Positions 36,501 through 48,308 of a stretch of DNA of 64,000 nucleotides are shown here, in pieces. Numbering within the stretch: the first letter of the stretch is position 1; every line of letters begins with the position of its first letter. A program made the position numbers and the translations under genes. Origin of the DNA: Scenedesmus sp. PABB004 (lineage: Eukaryota); the NCBI GenBank assembly GCA_014905635.1, contig CM026547.1:1116001-1180000 (forward strand), written 5' to 3'. The notes beneath the pieces were generated by a model. The model saw only the letters and a list, made by a program, of their open reading frames with translations. It was not told the DNA's origin and ran no database searches.

Positions 36501-39500
36501 TCGTAGTGCCGCTTGGGCTGGCGCGGCGCCTCGACCGCGGTCGTGAGCGTCGCGTTGTAGCCCAGCACCACCAGCCGCCGCCCGCTCGACCCGTACCCGC
36601 GCACGACCTGCGGCACCGCGGGAGGGCGGGCGCACGGGCGCGGGCCGCCTTCGCCGTGAGCGTGGGCGCGCGCGGCGAGCTGGAGGCGGGCGGGCGGCGC
36701 GGGCGGGGCGGGGGCGTGTGCGCGGGCGTGTGCGGGCGCGCACGTCGGCGACGACGAGCTCGGGCGGCGTGTGCCGCAGGCGCAGGTCTGCCTCGATGTG
36801 TGTGTCGTTGAGCTCACTGATAAAGGTGTCCGCCCACGTCTGCACGGGCGGGGGGGGGGGGGGGGCACAGCGGCGGGGCGGCAAAGCGGGGCGCCGGGGC
36901 GAGGTGAGGGGCGGGCAGGGCGGGCGGCAGGCGGCAAGTGGCAGCGCGGGCCGCCCGGGCGGCGCGCGGCGACGCGAGGCCAGAGTCACGGTGATGGGAC
37001 GGGCGGGCGGCAGGCAGCGCGGGCGGGGGAGCCCGGCCGGCGCGGGCACGCGAGCGCGCGGGGGCTTGCGCGCGCGCCTGCGCTGTGTGCGTTGCGACGT
37101 GCATAAAGTTCTGCCTGTGCCGCTCGCGCCGCTCCTCCTCGCTCATCGTCAGCGCGTCCTCAATCGCCGCCGCGACGTCGTTGATGTTCCAGGGGTTGAC
37201 CAGGATTGACCCTGCGCCGGGGGGGGGGCGCGGGGCCCGGCGCGTGAGCGCGTGGGGGGGGGGGGGGGGGGGGGCGCAGCGGGGGTGCACGCGCGTGTGG
37301 GCGGCGGGGAACGCGCGCCGCCGCGCGCGGCGCGGCGCGGCGCGGCGCGCGCACCCGCGCCGAGGCTCTGCGCCGCGCCGGCAAACTCTGAGAGCACCAG
37401 CACGCCCGCGTTGTCGGCCTGGCACGCGACGTACTCGTAGCTGACCAGGTTCATGCCGTCACGCAGCGACGTGATCAGCGCCACGTCTGCGCGGTGGTGC
37501 GCGCGCGCGCGCGCGCGTGACGCGCGTGCGACGAGGCGTGTGACGAGGCGCGGGCGGGGCTCGGGCGCGCGCCGCGCGCGGCCCCCCCTCCGCAGCGCGC
37601 AGCGCGCAGGCGTGCGGCGGCCGCAGCAGCACCCCACCGCAGCACCCCCCCCCCCCCCTCTCTCTCTCAGGCGCGCACCCGTGACGGCGTAGAGGGCGCA
37701 GAGCTCGTGGAAGCTGAGCTGGCGGTCGAGGTGGTGGATGGGGACGTATGTGAGCGTGCCAAACGCGCCGTTGATGCGGCCAACGATCTCGTGCACCATG
37801 CTGCGCAGCTTCTGGTACTCGGGCACGTCGGTGCGGCTCGGCACAGCAATCTGGGGGGGGGGGGGGGGGGGGGCAGCGCGCGCGCGGGCGGGCGGCGCAA
37901 GTGGGCGGGCGGGCGGCGTTAGTGGGCGGGCGACGGGTCGGCGGGCGTGGGGTCGGCGCAGCGCCGCCGCCGCGCCGTGCTGCGCGCGTGCGGGCGCGCG
38001 CGCGTGCGGGCGCGGCCGCGCACCTGGACGAGCAGCACCTTGTCGCGCCACTCGGGGTGCTCGTGGAGGAACTTTTCAAACGCGAGGAGCTTCTGGGGGA
38101 TGCCCTTGATCATGTCCAGGCGGTCAACGCCCAGCATCACCTGTCGCGCCACGGCACGCGGCGCGGCGCGGCGGTGGTTTCTTGTGCGCGCGCTCGCGCG
38201 CGCATGGGCGCTGGGCGGCCGCCGCGCCCCACCGTGCCCCCCCCCCCGGCGAATGCACCCCTTTGCCTCCCCCGCCCGGCGCCACGGCGGCGTGCCTTGC
38301 GCCCCGCGTATCGGTTGAGCAGCTTGGCAATGTTCATTTGCACCTCCTCCGTCTCCAGCGCCTGCGCAAAGCGCTCCGGGTCGATGCCGATGGGGAACGC
38401 AGCCACGCGCGCGACGCTGCGCGGCGGGAGCGGGCGCGGGACCGGCGGGCGGCGGCGGTGAGCGGCGGCAGGGCGGGAGGCGGGGACGCGGCGCGCGCGC
38501 GCGCGCGCGGCGCGTGGGGCTGCGGCGGCGCGGCGCCGCGCGTGCCTGCCGTTGTCCTCGACGCCCTCGGGCGTGCCCTCGAGGCCGAGGATGCGGGTGC
38601 ATGATGAGATGAAGTGCCGCGCGTAGTCGTATGTGTGGAAGCCTGGCGGGGGGGGGGGGGTTACATTGGGCAGGGGGGGAGGCAAGCATGGGCGCGCACG
38701 CATGGGCGTGCAGCGACCGGCGGGGGCTCGAGGCCCGCGCGGCGCGGCGGGGCGCGCGCGCGCCCCCGGGCCCCCAGCGGCGGCGGCGGCGGCCGGCACG
38801 GCGGCGGCGCGCACCGATGAGGTCGGCGCGCAGCGTCGCGCGCAGCACCTCCTCGCGCACGGGCAGGGTCCTGTAGATCTCGCTGCTCGGGAAGGGCGTG
38901 TGCAGGAACCAGCCCACCTGCGGCGCGGCGCGGCGCGCGCTCAGGGTCCTGCCCGCCTCTGCGCAGCGGGGCGCGCCGCGCCGTGGGGGTGCGGTGTGCC
39001 GGCAGAGCAGCGCTTCACACAAGAGCGTTTCAACACCGCACGCGCGCTGCCGCGCCTAACGCGCCTTCATGCGCGGGATGGCGTTCTTGAGCATGCTGGG
39101 CAGCAGCATGAGGTGGTAGTCCTGCACCCACACCATGTCGCCCGGCGCGTACGACCCCAGCACCACCTCGCCGAAGCGCTCGTTCGCCTGTGACGCGCGG
39201 CGCGCGCGCGGCGCGGCGCGTGCGGCGGGTCGGCGCGCGCGCTGCGCGCGCGCGCGCGCGGCGGCGGCGGCGGCGGCGCGGCGCCGGCGCGCGCGCGCGC
39301 GCCTGCTGGTAGGCGCCCCACTGCATCTGCAGCGTCTGGTGCTCCGTCACGCGCTGCCAGCCGTCGAGCTGGAGGGGCACATAGTGGAAGAGCTGCCAGA
39401 GCACGCTGTTGCAGAAGCCGTTGTAGTACAGGTCCAGCAGCCCGCTCTCGAGCCACACCGGGATGTAGCCCTCGCGCTGCAGCATCGCCGCGAGCGCGTC

Positions 39501-40334
39501 GCGGTCGCGGCCGGGCTTGACGTAGATGCCTGCGCGCGCACGCGGCGCGCGGCGGGGGCGCGGCGGCGAGCGCAGCGCGTGGGCGCCGCGTGGGCGCGCG
39601 TGCTGCGCTGCGGCGGCGGCCAGCCGCGCGGCGGCGGCCAGCCGCGCTGCCAGCCCCGCGGCGCCGCGCACCCGGCCAGCCGATCCAGAGCGTGCTGTAG
39701 CTGTTGACGCCCATCAGCGCCGATACGAGGCCGCCCGCGCTGATCTGCAGCTTCCACCGCCCGCTGCCGTCCTTGCTGCACGTCACCGGCAGGCGGTTCG
39801 CGACCACGATCAGCCGCCCGCCCTGCGGCTCGACGCTGCGCGCCGGCGGCGGCGGCGGTCGGCGGCGGCGGTCGCGGCGGTCGGCGGCGGCGGCGGCAGC
39901 GGCGCGCCCGCGCGGGGCTGCCGCAGCCTCCGCGCGCCGCCGCTCCGCCGCCGCGCGGCGGCGGGGCCGCACCGGTCGAGCGGCACCAGGTCCTGCTCCC
40001 ACTTGTCCCACTCCTCCAGGTGGTCCAGCGCCTGCGCGCTGCGGCTCTTGCGGATGCGCTCGCGCAGCAGACGGTCTGGGGCGCGGCGCGACGCGGCGGG
40101 CGCCGCGGCGGCGCGTGAGGCGGCGCGCCGCTGCCGCTGCCGGCACCGCCGCCGCCGGTGCCGTCTCTGGGCCCTCCCGGCGCCCACAGCTGGCACCGCC
40201 GGCTCACCGACGCGGCTGGCGGGCACGGTCGCCGCCGCGCGCGCCGTCGACGGCGTCTGCGGCGTGCTGCCGGCCTGCTGCCCGACCGGAGCCGCCGGCA
40301 GCTGGGCGTCCCCCGCCATGGTGACGAGCGGCAT
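33283..40334 (-). CDS. TPS1: Class I trehalose-6-phosphate synthase (GT20 TPS domain plus degenerate TPP domain), about 18 exons
   Basis: SRVDRLLRER N-terminal motif, RLIVVANRLPV, SAGGLVSAL, WIGWPG, YYNGFCNSVLWQLFHY, VWVQDYHLMLLP, GWFLHTPFPSSEIYRTLP, FPIGIDP, LGVDRLDMIKGIPQKLLAFE, SLRDGMNLVSYEYVACQ, LSEFAGAAQSL, and TPP-like LGYNATL...FTCSVGRSRSKARYSL. Apparent 1-nt frameshifts near 34760 and 33470; as assembled the stop is at 33324. Confidence 0.95.
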
Positions 40335-40744
40335 GGCCGCAGGCGGTGGGAGGGCTACGGCGCGGCGACAGGCATCTCTGCTGCTGCTGCTGCTTTCAGG
40401 CGCGCCCCGCTCGCGGGCCGGCCGTGGCAGGCGCCGAGTGCGAGCGAAGACGATGCGAGGACGCTCGGGTGCGAGCTCTGGGGCAACCTCCGCGCGGCCT
40501 GGCGCGCGCTTGCTGCGGAGTGTGCTCGCAGAGGGAGCGTGGCACGGCGTGCGGGTGGCGATCTGGGTGACGGCAGCACGCAGAGATCGTGCCCGGCGGC
40601 GGCGGCAGCGGCGGTGCAGCGGCGCGCTTTTCTGCTAGCGCGGCGACCAGTGACGGAGCTCCCTCACTCGCGCACTTGGCCAGCTAGCACCGCAGCCATC
40701 AGCCAAGACAAGAGGGAGGGAGTCACTCATTGCCACCGGTCAGC

Positions 40745-41607
40745 ATGCGCAGCAGCTGCGGCAGCAGCGGAGCACGCTGCTGCAGGGGCCCCACCGCCGC
40801 GTCCGCCGGCTGGCTGCCGCGGGCGGCCGCGCGCGGCAACGTCGTGCGGAGCGGCCGGCGGCGGCCGGCGAGGAGGCGGCGCCGCGCTGGAATCCGCAGA
40901 ACACGGACGCCCCGCGCGTCATGCCCTGCGCAGAGTTCAGCGCGCGCGAGGCGCTGCAGGCGCAGCTGGCCGCCATCAGCGCCAACGACACGCCCTGGTG
41001 CGGCGCCGCCCGCCCCGCCCGCCCGCCACGCCCGCCGCCGCACTGCAGCCGCCGCTTCTGCCCGTCGCCGCAGGACAAACCACGGCATCCAGACGCTGTA
41101 CGAGTTCGCCGCGGACGCGGGCGGCATGGAGCGGTCGCGGTACTTTGGCTTCAGCAAAGGCGCGCGCAGCGCACACAGCGCACGCAGCTCCCGCAGCGCA
41201 CGCAGCGCCCGCCGGCGCCCGCGGCGGTCGCAGCGCCCGCGGCGGCCGCAGCGCCCGCGTCCGCCGGCGCCTGCGCCCACTGCCCCGCCGCCGCCGCCGC
41301 TGCGGCCGCGGCGCCGCGCCCCGGCAGACCTGTACCACCTGGATCACTTCATGGGCATCTTTGCGACCGCCTGCGGCGCGCTGGTCGACGCCCGCGCGGC
41401 CGAGGTCTGCGACGACCGCCGCCGCCGCCGCACGCGTCGCCGCTGCAGGGCGCGCCGCCGGGCGGCGAAGTGCTGTACGTGCGCGTCGTCGCCGACGCGG
41501 CGGGGCGGCCAGGGGGCGTGTTCGAGGCGCGGCTCGTGCGCGGCGAGTTCGGGCTCAAGGCCGGTTGTTGGCTCACAAAGTCGATTGTTCGCGTCGCCGA
41601 GGGCTGA
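40745..41607 (+). CDS. Small conserved hypothetical protein, probably organelle-targeted
   Basis: Exons translate as ...PCAEFSAREALQAQLAAISANDTPW|TNHGIQTLYEFAADAGGMERSRYFGFSK|DLYHLDHFMGIF...GVFEARLVRGEFGLKAGCWLTKSIVRV. This is complex, globular-looking sequence with valid splice sites. The start is uncertain (ATG 40745 needs a frame correction; ATG 40921 is an alternative). Confidence 0.65.
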
Positions 41608-41918
41608 GCGAGGGTTTAGTTGAGGGATTTGTGCTGGGCCCTGCGGGCGTGTCGCGCGCGTGGCGCTCCCACGGTCGTGGCAACTGTTACGTCCCAACAC
41701 AGCGCTGCCGCACCACCCCGCCCAGCAGCGCAGACCGCAGATCGCTCCCGCCGCGTGCAGCTGCCGCCGCGCCGCGCGAGCTGCTGTTGCCGCCGCCGCC
41801 GCGCCTCGCTGCCGGTCCTCCGGTATCGACGTGCGGGGCTGGCTGTTCCTTCAGTGATTGCGGGACCGCCCCGCGCGCCGGTTCCAGCCGACGGGCGCCA
41901 GCAGCGGGCACCGGCGCG

Positions 41919-44900
41919 ATGCTGCTGTCGGCGGCGACGCCGTGCGCGCTCCGGTGCGGCCTGCTGTCCTCGGCCGGCCTGGCGGGCGCGCTGCGCGGCG
42001 GCCTGCTGACGTGGGGCGGCCTGCCGCGAGGCTACAGCAACACGCCGCAGCAGCCGGAGCCCCTGGAGCTGCGCGTCTCGGAGGAGCTGCTGCAGCGCGT
42101 CAAGGACAAGGACCTGCTGCGCACCTGCGGCCTCATCGGCGGCAAGTGGAGCCAGGCATCCAACCGCGCCACCTACACGGTGTGCGCCGCCGCCGCTGCG
42201 CACGTCGCGTCGCGCGCGCTCGCTGCTGCCGCCGGCGCGCGGGGACGGGCCTCCCACCGCCCCGCCGCCGCGCGTGCGGCGAACCAATCCTGGCGGCCAG
42301 GTGACCAACCCCGCGACCGGCAAGGTGCTCGCGACGCTGCCCAAGATGAAGGCGGACGAGACGCTCACAGCGATCGCGGCGGCGCACGCAGTGCTGCCGA
42401 CCTGGTCGGCCATGACCGCCAAGGAGCGCGGCGCCGTGCTGCGCCGGTGCGGCGCGCCGGGGGCAGCGCGCGCGCGCGGGCGGCGCGCGGGCGCCGGCGG
42501 CCGCATCGGGCGGCGCCGCCGCCGGCGGCGGCGGCGCGTCGTGCGACGTGGCGGCGCCCCGCCCCGCTGGCGCCCTGGCGCCGCAGCTGGTACAACGAGA
42601 TTGTCGCGGCGACCGACGACCTGGCGGCCATCATGACCGCCGAGTGCGGCAAGCCCCTCGCGGAGGCGCGTGCGGAGATCGCGGGCGGGTGCGGCGGGCG
42701 CGCCCGCGCGGCCCGCGGCCGCGCCCGGCTCGGCCCGCACGCTCCCCGGCGCCCTGCGCCGAGGGCGCCGCCGCCGGCCGCCGCGCGCGCACGCGCGCCC
42801 GCCACAGCGCCGCGAGCGTGGACTGGTTTGCTGAGGAGTGCAAGCGCGTGTGCGGGGACGTGCTGGAGACGGTGGACCGGGGGCGGCGCATGCTGACGCT
42901 GAAGCAGCCCGTCGGCGTGGTCGCCGCAATCACGCCGTGGAACTTTCCGATGAGCATGATCACACGCAAGGTGTGTGTGTGTGGGCGAATGGGTGTGGGC
43001 GGATGGGTGGGTGGGCGAATCGGTGTGGGTGGGTGGGTGGGTGGTGGTGGGTGGGTGGGTGTTTGGAGGAGGGGTGTGCGTCATCAAAGCACACCTGATG
43101 TGTGACGGAGGAGTCAGCCCCTGCCGGCCGCCCATCCGCCTTGGGCTGTGACTGGGCGGCGGCGGGGGCTGCCGCTCGTGCGCGCGCGCGCGCTCGTGCG
43201 CTCGCACGCGCCGCTCACACCGCGCGCGCCGCGCGCAGGTCGCGCCGGCGATCGCGGCGGGCTGCACACTCGTGCTCAAGCCGGCAGAGCTCACGCGCGC
43301 TGACCGCGCTCGCGCTCGCGGAGCTCGCCGACCGCGCGGGCCTGCCCGACGGCGTGCTCAACGTGGTGCTCGGCGACGCGGCGGCGATCGGTGCGGCGCG
43401 CGCGCGCGCACTCGCGCTCGCGCTCGCGCAGGCGCGGGCGCAGCGCGCCCGCGCGCGGCCGGCGAGCCGCGCCGCGGCGCCGCGCCGCGCCGCACGCGCG
43501 CGCCCCTGCCAGGCCACGCGATGCTGGTGAGCGAGACGGTGCGCAAGATCGGCTTCACCGGCAGCACGGCGGTGGGCAAGATGATCGCCGAGCAGGCCGC
43601 CAAGGTGCGCCGCCGCCGCCCCCGCGCCCCGCCCGCCTGCCCGCCCGCCTGCGTCGCGCCCACACCACCGCCGCCCGCCCACCCACCCACCCACACCCCA
43701 CCCACCCACCCGCCGCCCGCCCGCCCGCCCGCCCGCGCACACACACTGTGCGCCGGCCGCAGACTGTGAAGAAGGTGTCGCTGGAGCTGGGCGGCAACGC
43801 GCCGTTCATCGTCTTTGACGACGCCGACCTCGACCTCGCGGCGGCGGGCGTGGTCGGCAGCGCGCTGCGCAACGCGGGCCAGACCTGCATCTGCGCCAAC
43901 CGCGTCTTCGTGCACGACAAGGTCTGGACCGGCAGCGGGGGAGCGAGCGCGGCGGCGAGGCGCGGGGCGGGGGCGGTGGGGGCGGCGCGGGCGCGGCGGA
44001 CGCGCGGCCTGGGGGCAGCGATGACGGCCGCCGACGCGCCGTGCACCGCAGGTGTACGACGCGTTTGCGGAGCTCGTGACGGCGCGGGTCGCGGCGCTGC
44101 GCGTCGGCGACGGCGCGAGCCCCGACTCGACGCACGGCCCCTCATCACGCCCGCGGGCGTGGAGAAGGTGCGCCGCCCGCCTCGCCAGGCCTCGCCAGGC
44201 CCGCCAGGCCTGCCTGCCAGGCGCTGCGCGGCTGCCGGCGGGCGCGCAGGCCGCGCCCAACGCGCTGCGCCGCCGCCGCACGCGCGCCCGCCGTGCGCGC
44301 GCGGCCGCCGTGCGCGCCGCGCCGCGCGCGGCGCACAGGTCGAGGCGCACGTGAGCGACGCGCTGGCCAAGGGCGCGCGGCTGCTGGCGGGCGGCAAGCG
44401 GCCGGAGCTGCCGGAGCCGCTCTCTGGCGGCAACTTCTACCTGCCCACGGTGCTCGCCGACGCCACGATCGACATGTGCGCGCGCCCGCCGCGCCGCGCG
44501 CTGCTCCGCGCCACGCCGCCGCCCCGCCGCGCGCGCGCGCGCGCGCGCCGCGGGGCCGCCGCGCCGCGCTCGACCGCCGCGGCGCCGCGCCACGCCCCAC
44601 CGCGCGGGCGCCCGCAGGCGCTGCTTCCGCGAGGAGACGTTCGGCCCGCTCGTGCCCTCTTCAGGTGCGGCGCCCCGCGCAGCCGCCTCACGCCCACGCC
44701 GCCCGCGCACGCGCCCGCCCCGCGCCACGCGCCGCGCGCCCGCCTCGTCCCACCCGCGCCCCGCGCCGCCTCCCTCCGCCCCCCTCCCGCCCGCTGCAGG
44801 TTCAGCGACGACGACGAGGCGGTCGCGATGGCCAACGACACCGAGTACGGCCTCGCGGCCTACTTTTACACCAGGGACCTGCGCCGCGCGTGGACCATCG

Positions 44901-45192
44901 CGGAGCGCCTGGAGTATGGCATGGTGCGCGCCGCCCGGCGGGGCGCGGGGGGGGGGGGGGGGGGGGCGGCGCGGCGGCGGCGCGGCGCGCGGCGCTGGCC
45001 GCAGGTCGCCGTGCGACGCCCGCGCGCGCGCGCGTGCCGCCGCAGGTCGGGCTGAACGAGGTCGCGATCACGAGCGAGGTCGCGCCGTTTGGCGGCGTGA
45101 AGCAGAGCGGCCTGGGGCGCGAGCAGAGCAAGTACGGGCTGGACGAGTTCCTGGAGGTCAAGTACGTGTGCATGGGCCTCGGCTACACCTGA
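41919..45192 (+). CDS. SSADH: Mitochondrial succinate-semialdehyde dehydrogenase (ALDH5); three 1-nt frameshifts as assembled
   Basis: [93 protein letters not shown] (catalytic Cys), [20 protein letters not shown] and [30 protein letters not shown]. Confidence 0.93.
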
Positions 45193-45638
45193 GCGGCTGT
45201 CCGGCTGACCAGCACCAGCTGACAGCTGGCCGGCTGCAGCCGACCAGCGCGCGCGGCGCGGGCGCGCGAGGCGGTGTGCGCGGCTGCGGCGGCAGTTGGC
45301 GGGCGGGCGCGGAGTTGGCGGGCCGGCACGCAGTTGGCGGGCGGCGCACGACGGGGGGGCTGGCGGCGGCGGCGCGCGCGGTGGCGCGCGGGCCTGAACC
45401 ACGGCTGCGGCGGTTGAACCCACGAGCCCGCAGCGCTGGGCTGGCGGCGTTACTCCAGCTCTCGATCACGCGCGTCCGTGCTGACGCAGCCCGCCCCCCG
45501 AGCGCCGCCGCTGTTTGGCGCCGCACGCAGCTGCGGCCTGGCGGCCGCTGGCCGCGCTGCCGCCAGGCAGCGCGCGCGTGGCACCTCTGCGACGGTTCCG
45601 TCTCCCTGGCCGCGGCGGGGCGGGCTGACGGGGCGGGG

Positions 45639-47983
45639 ATGGCGCAGCAGCAGCAGCTGCAGCAGCAGAATGGGCCCGCACCCACCATGGGCCAGCCGTG
45701 GTCCCGGGGCCGGCTCGTGAAGCTGGAGGACCTGGAGCTGGCTCTGGACGCGGCGGTGCACGTGAATCGGCACCTGAATCGCGAGATCGAGGCGGTGGTG
45801 CAGCAGCTGCAGCGCGCGGAGGGCGAGCGCGCGGCCTGGCAGGCGCACGCGCGCCGCCTCGCGCGGCAGCTCGCGCGGTGCAAGCGTGCTGCAGTAGCAG
45901 CAGGTGGGCACGCGGCGGCGGGCTGGGCGCCTGCGCGCCGCGCGCAGCGAAGCGCGGCAGGCAGCGCGGCGCCACCGGCGGTTGGCGGTTGGCGGCGCCG
46001 CGACTCGGCGCCCACGCCGCCACGCAGGCCAGCAGCCGCGGCCGGACGAGGAGCCGGACGACGCCGGGCTGTCGCAGCTGGCGGACGAGCTCGCGCAGCT
46101 GCCCGAACAGCAGCAGCAGCAGCAGCAGCAGCGCGACCAGCAGGTGCCGCCCGGGGCGTTTCCCTGGGACTCGCTGCACGGCAGCATCAACCAGCTCGTG
46201 GCCAAGGGCAACGCCGCGGGCTGGCTCACGCAGCCGTCCGACGTGAGCCGTGGCGGCAGCCGCTGCGCGGCGGCGCGGCGCGGCAGCCGCCGGGCGGGCG
46301 GGCGCACGCGCCGACGCCGCCCGCCGGGCCTCCCGCGCGTCGCGCGCCCCCGCAGGTGCAGCTGGGCGACCTGCTGGGGCAGGGCGCGTTTGGCACGACG
46401 TACAAGGCCTGCTGGCGCGGCGCGCAGGTGCGCGCAGGGCGGCAGCTCGCGCGAGCGGCAGCGCCGCGCGCCGCAGCCGCGCACGGCGCGCGCGGCCACG
46501 GGGCACGGCTGCCCGCCTGACCGCCGCGCCCGCGGCGCCGCCAGGTCGCGGTGAAGCGCGTCGCGGTGCGCAGCGAGGCGGAGCTGCTCAACTTCCTGCG
46601 CGAGGTGGAGTGCCTCGCCGCGCTGCGCCACCCGCACGTGGTGCCCTTCCTGGGCGCGGTGCTGCAGGTGTGGTGTCAGCCGGCACCGGCGCCGCAGCGC
46701 ACCCGCGCGCGCCGCGCGCGCCCACGCGCCGCCCATGCCTGTCGCCGTCCCCCGCGCCCGTCGCCGCCCCCCGCGCCCGTCGCCGCCAGGACGCGGGGCA
46801 GTGCTGGCTGATCGCCGAGTACATGCCCGGCGGCACGCTCGCGGCGTGGCTGCACGGCGACAAGGGCCCGCTCGGGCCGGGCAAGCCCCTCGCCGCGCGC
46901 GCGGGCAAGGCGCTCGAGGTCTGCCGCGCGCTCGCGGCGCTCGAGGCGGCGTCGCCGCCGGTGCTGCACCGGGACGTCAAGCCGAGGTGCGGCCCGCACG
47001 CGCGCGCGCGCCTCGCGCGTCCCACTCCCGCCCCCTCCACGCCTCTCGCCTTGCGCGCCCGCCGCCCCCGCCGCCCCCGCCACCACCACCCCAGCAACGT
47101 GTTCATCGACGGCTCCGGCCGCGCGCGGCTCGGCGACTTTGGGCTCGCGCGGCCGCTGCCGTCGTCGCGCGCGACGCTCACGGGCGAGACCGGCACCTAC
47201 CTCTACATGTCACCGGAGATGATCCGGTGCGGCGGGGCGGGGCTGCTGCGTTGTGTGTTTGTGTGTTTGTTCCACACGCGTCGCCGGCAGGGGCCGCCCG
47301 CGCCCACGCGGCGGCGGCGGCGGTCGGCGCGCGGCGGCGGCGGCGGCGCGGCGGCGGCGCTGAGCGCTGCCCCGCGCGCTGCTGCTGCTGCCGGCGGGTG
47401 CGCAGGCACGAGGTGTACGACGGCAAGACCGACGTGTGGAGCTTCGGCGTGCTGCTCGCGGAGCTGCTCACGGGCCACGTGCCGTACCAGCACACCTTCA
47501 TGACGCCGGTGCAGGTGGGGCGACTGCCTGCCTGCGTGTGCGCGCGCCCGTGTGCGTGCATTCGGGGCGGCGCGTGCGGGGGCGCGAGCGCGTCGCCGCG
47601 CGCCGCGCCGCCGCCGCAGATCGCGATGGGCGTCGCGGACGAGAAGCTGCAGCCGCTGCTGCCCGGGGGCCTGCCGGCGGACCTGCTCGTGCTCGCGCAC
47701 GCGTGCTGCGACTACGACCCCGAGATGCGGCCGGCCTTTGCCGACCTCGTGCCGGAGCTCGAGGCCGCGGTCGAGACGCTGCAGGTGCGGCGGGCGAGCT
47801 CAGCGCCCCCGGCGCGCGGCCCGCGCGGCGGCGGCCGGGGACAAGCGCCGACCGCCGCGCCGCGCCGCGCCGCAGCGCGAGGCGGAGGCCGCCGCCGCGG
47901 GCGGCCTCTTCGCGCGCCTCCGAGGCGCGGGCGTGCCCGGGACGTGGACGTCGGTGCTCGGCCAGGCCGGCGCGGGGCAGTGA
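45639..47983 (+). CDS. TKL/Raf-like (STY-type) protein kinase with an N-terminal coiled coil
   Basis: LGQGAFGTTY, VAVK, FLREVECLAALRHPHVVPFLG, EYMPGG, VLHRDVKPSNVF, DFGLAR, TGETGTYLYMSPE, DVWSFG and RPAF. Confidence 0.92.
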
Positions 47984-48308
47984 GTCACGGGGCTGCGGCA
48001 GGAGCTGCCTGCCGCGCTCTGCTGGGCAACCCCTGTGTGCTGAGCAGTGCGTCGGGGTGCAGCGCGCCAGGGGGTGCGGTGGTTCAGTTCAGCGGCGCGC
48101 ACAGCTTTTGCGCAATTCGCCCCACGTAGACCGCTGGCCGTCGCCGACGATCACGACGCGCCCCACGTCGGCCCGCGTTCGCGCCCTGCTGCACAGCAGC
48201 GCCGCCCGCGGCTGCCATCGCCGCCGCTCCTCCGCGCACGCGGCCAGCGCGCCGCGCCTGCTACGCCCACGCCGCCCGCACTGCGCCGGCCGTCGCGTCG
48301 CGCCCACA

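Noticed and set aside
35989..38660. Long poly-G runs as G-quadruplex regulatory elements
   Set aside because: They are poly-C on the TPS1 sense strand, mostly toward intron 3' ends, and are consistent with C-rich pyrimidine tracts. Homopolymer lengths are also unreliable in this assembly.
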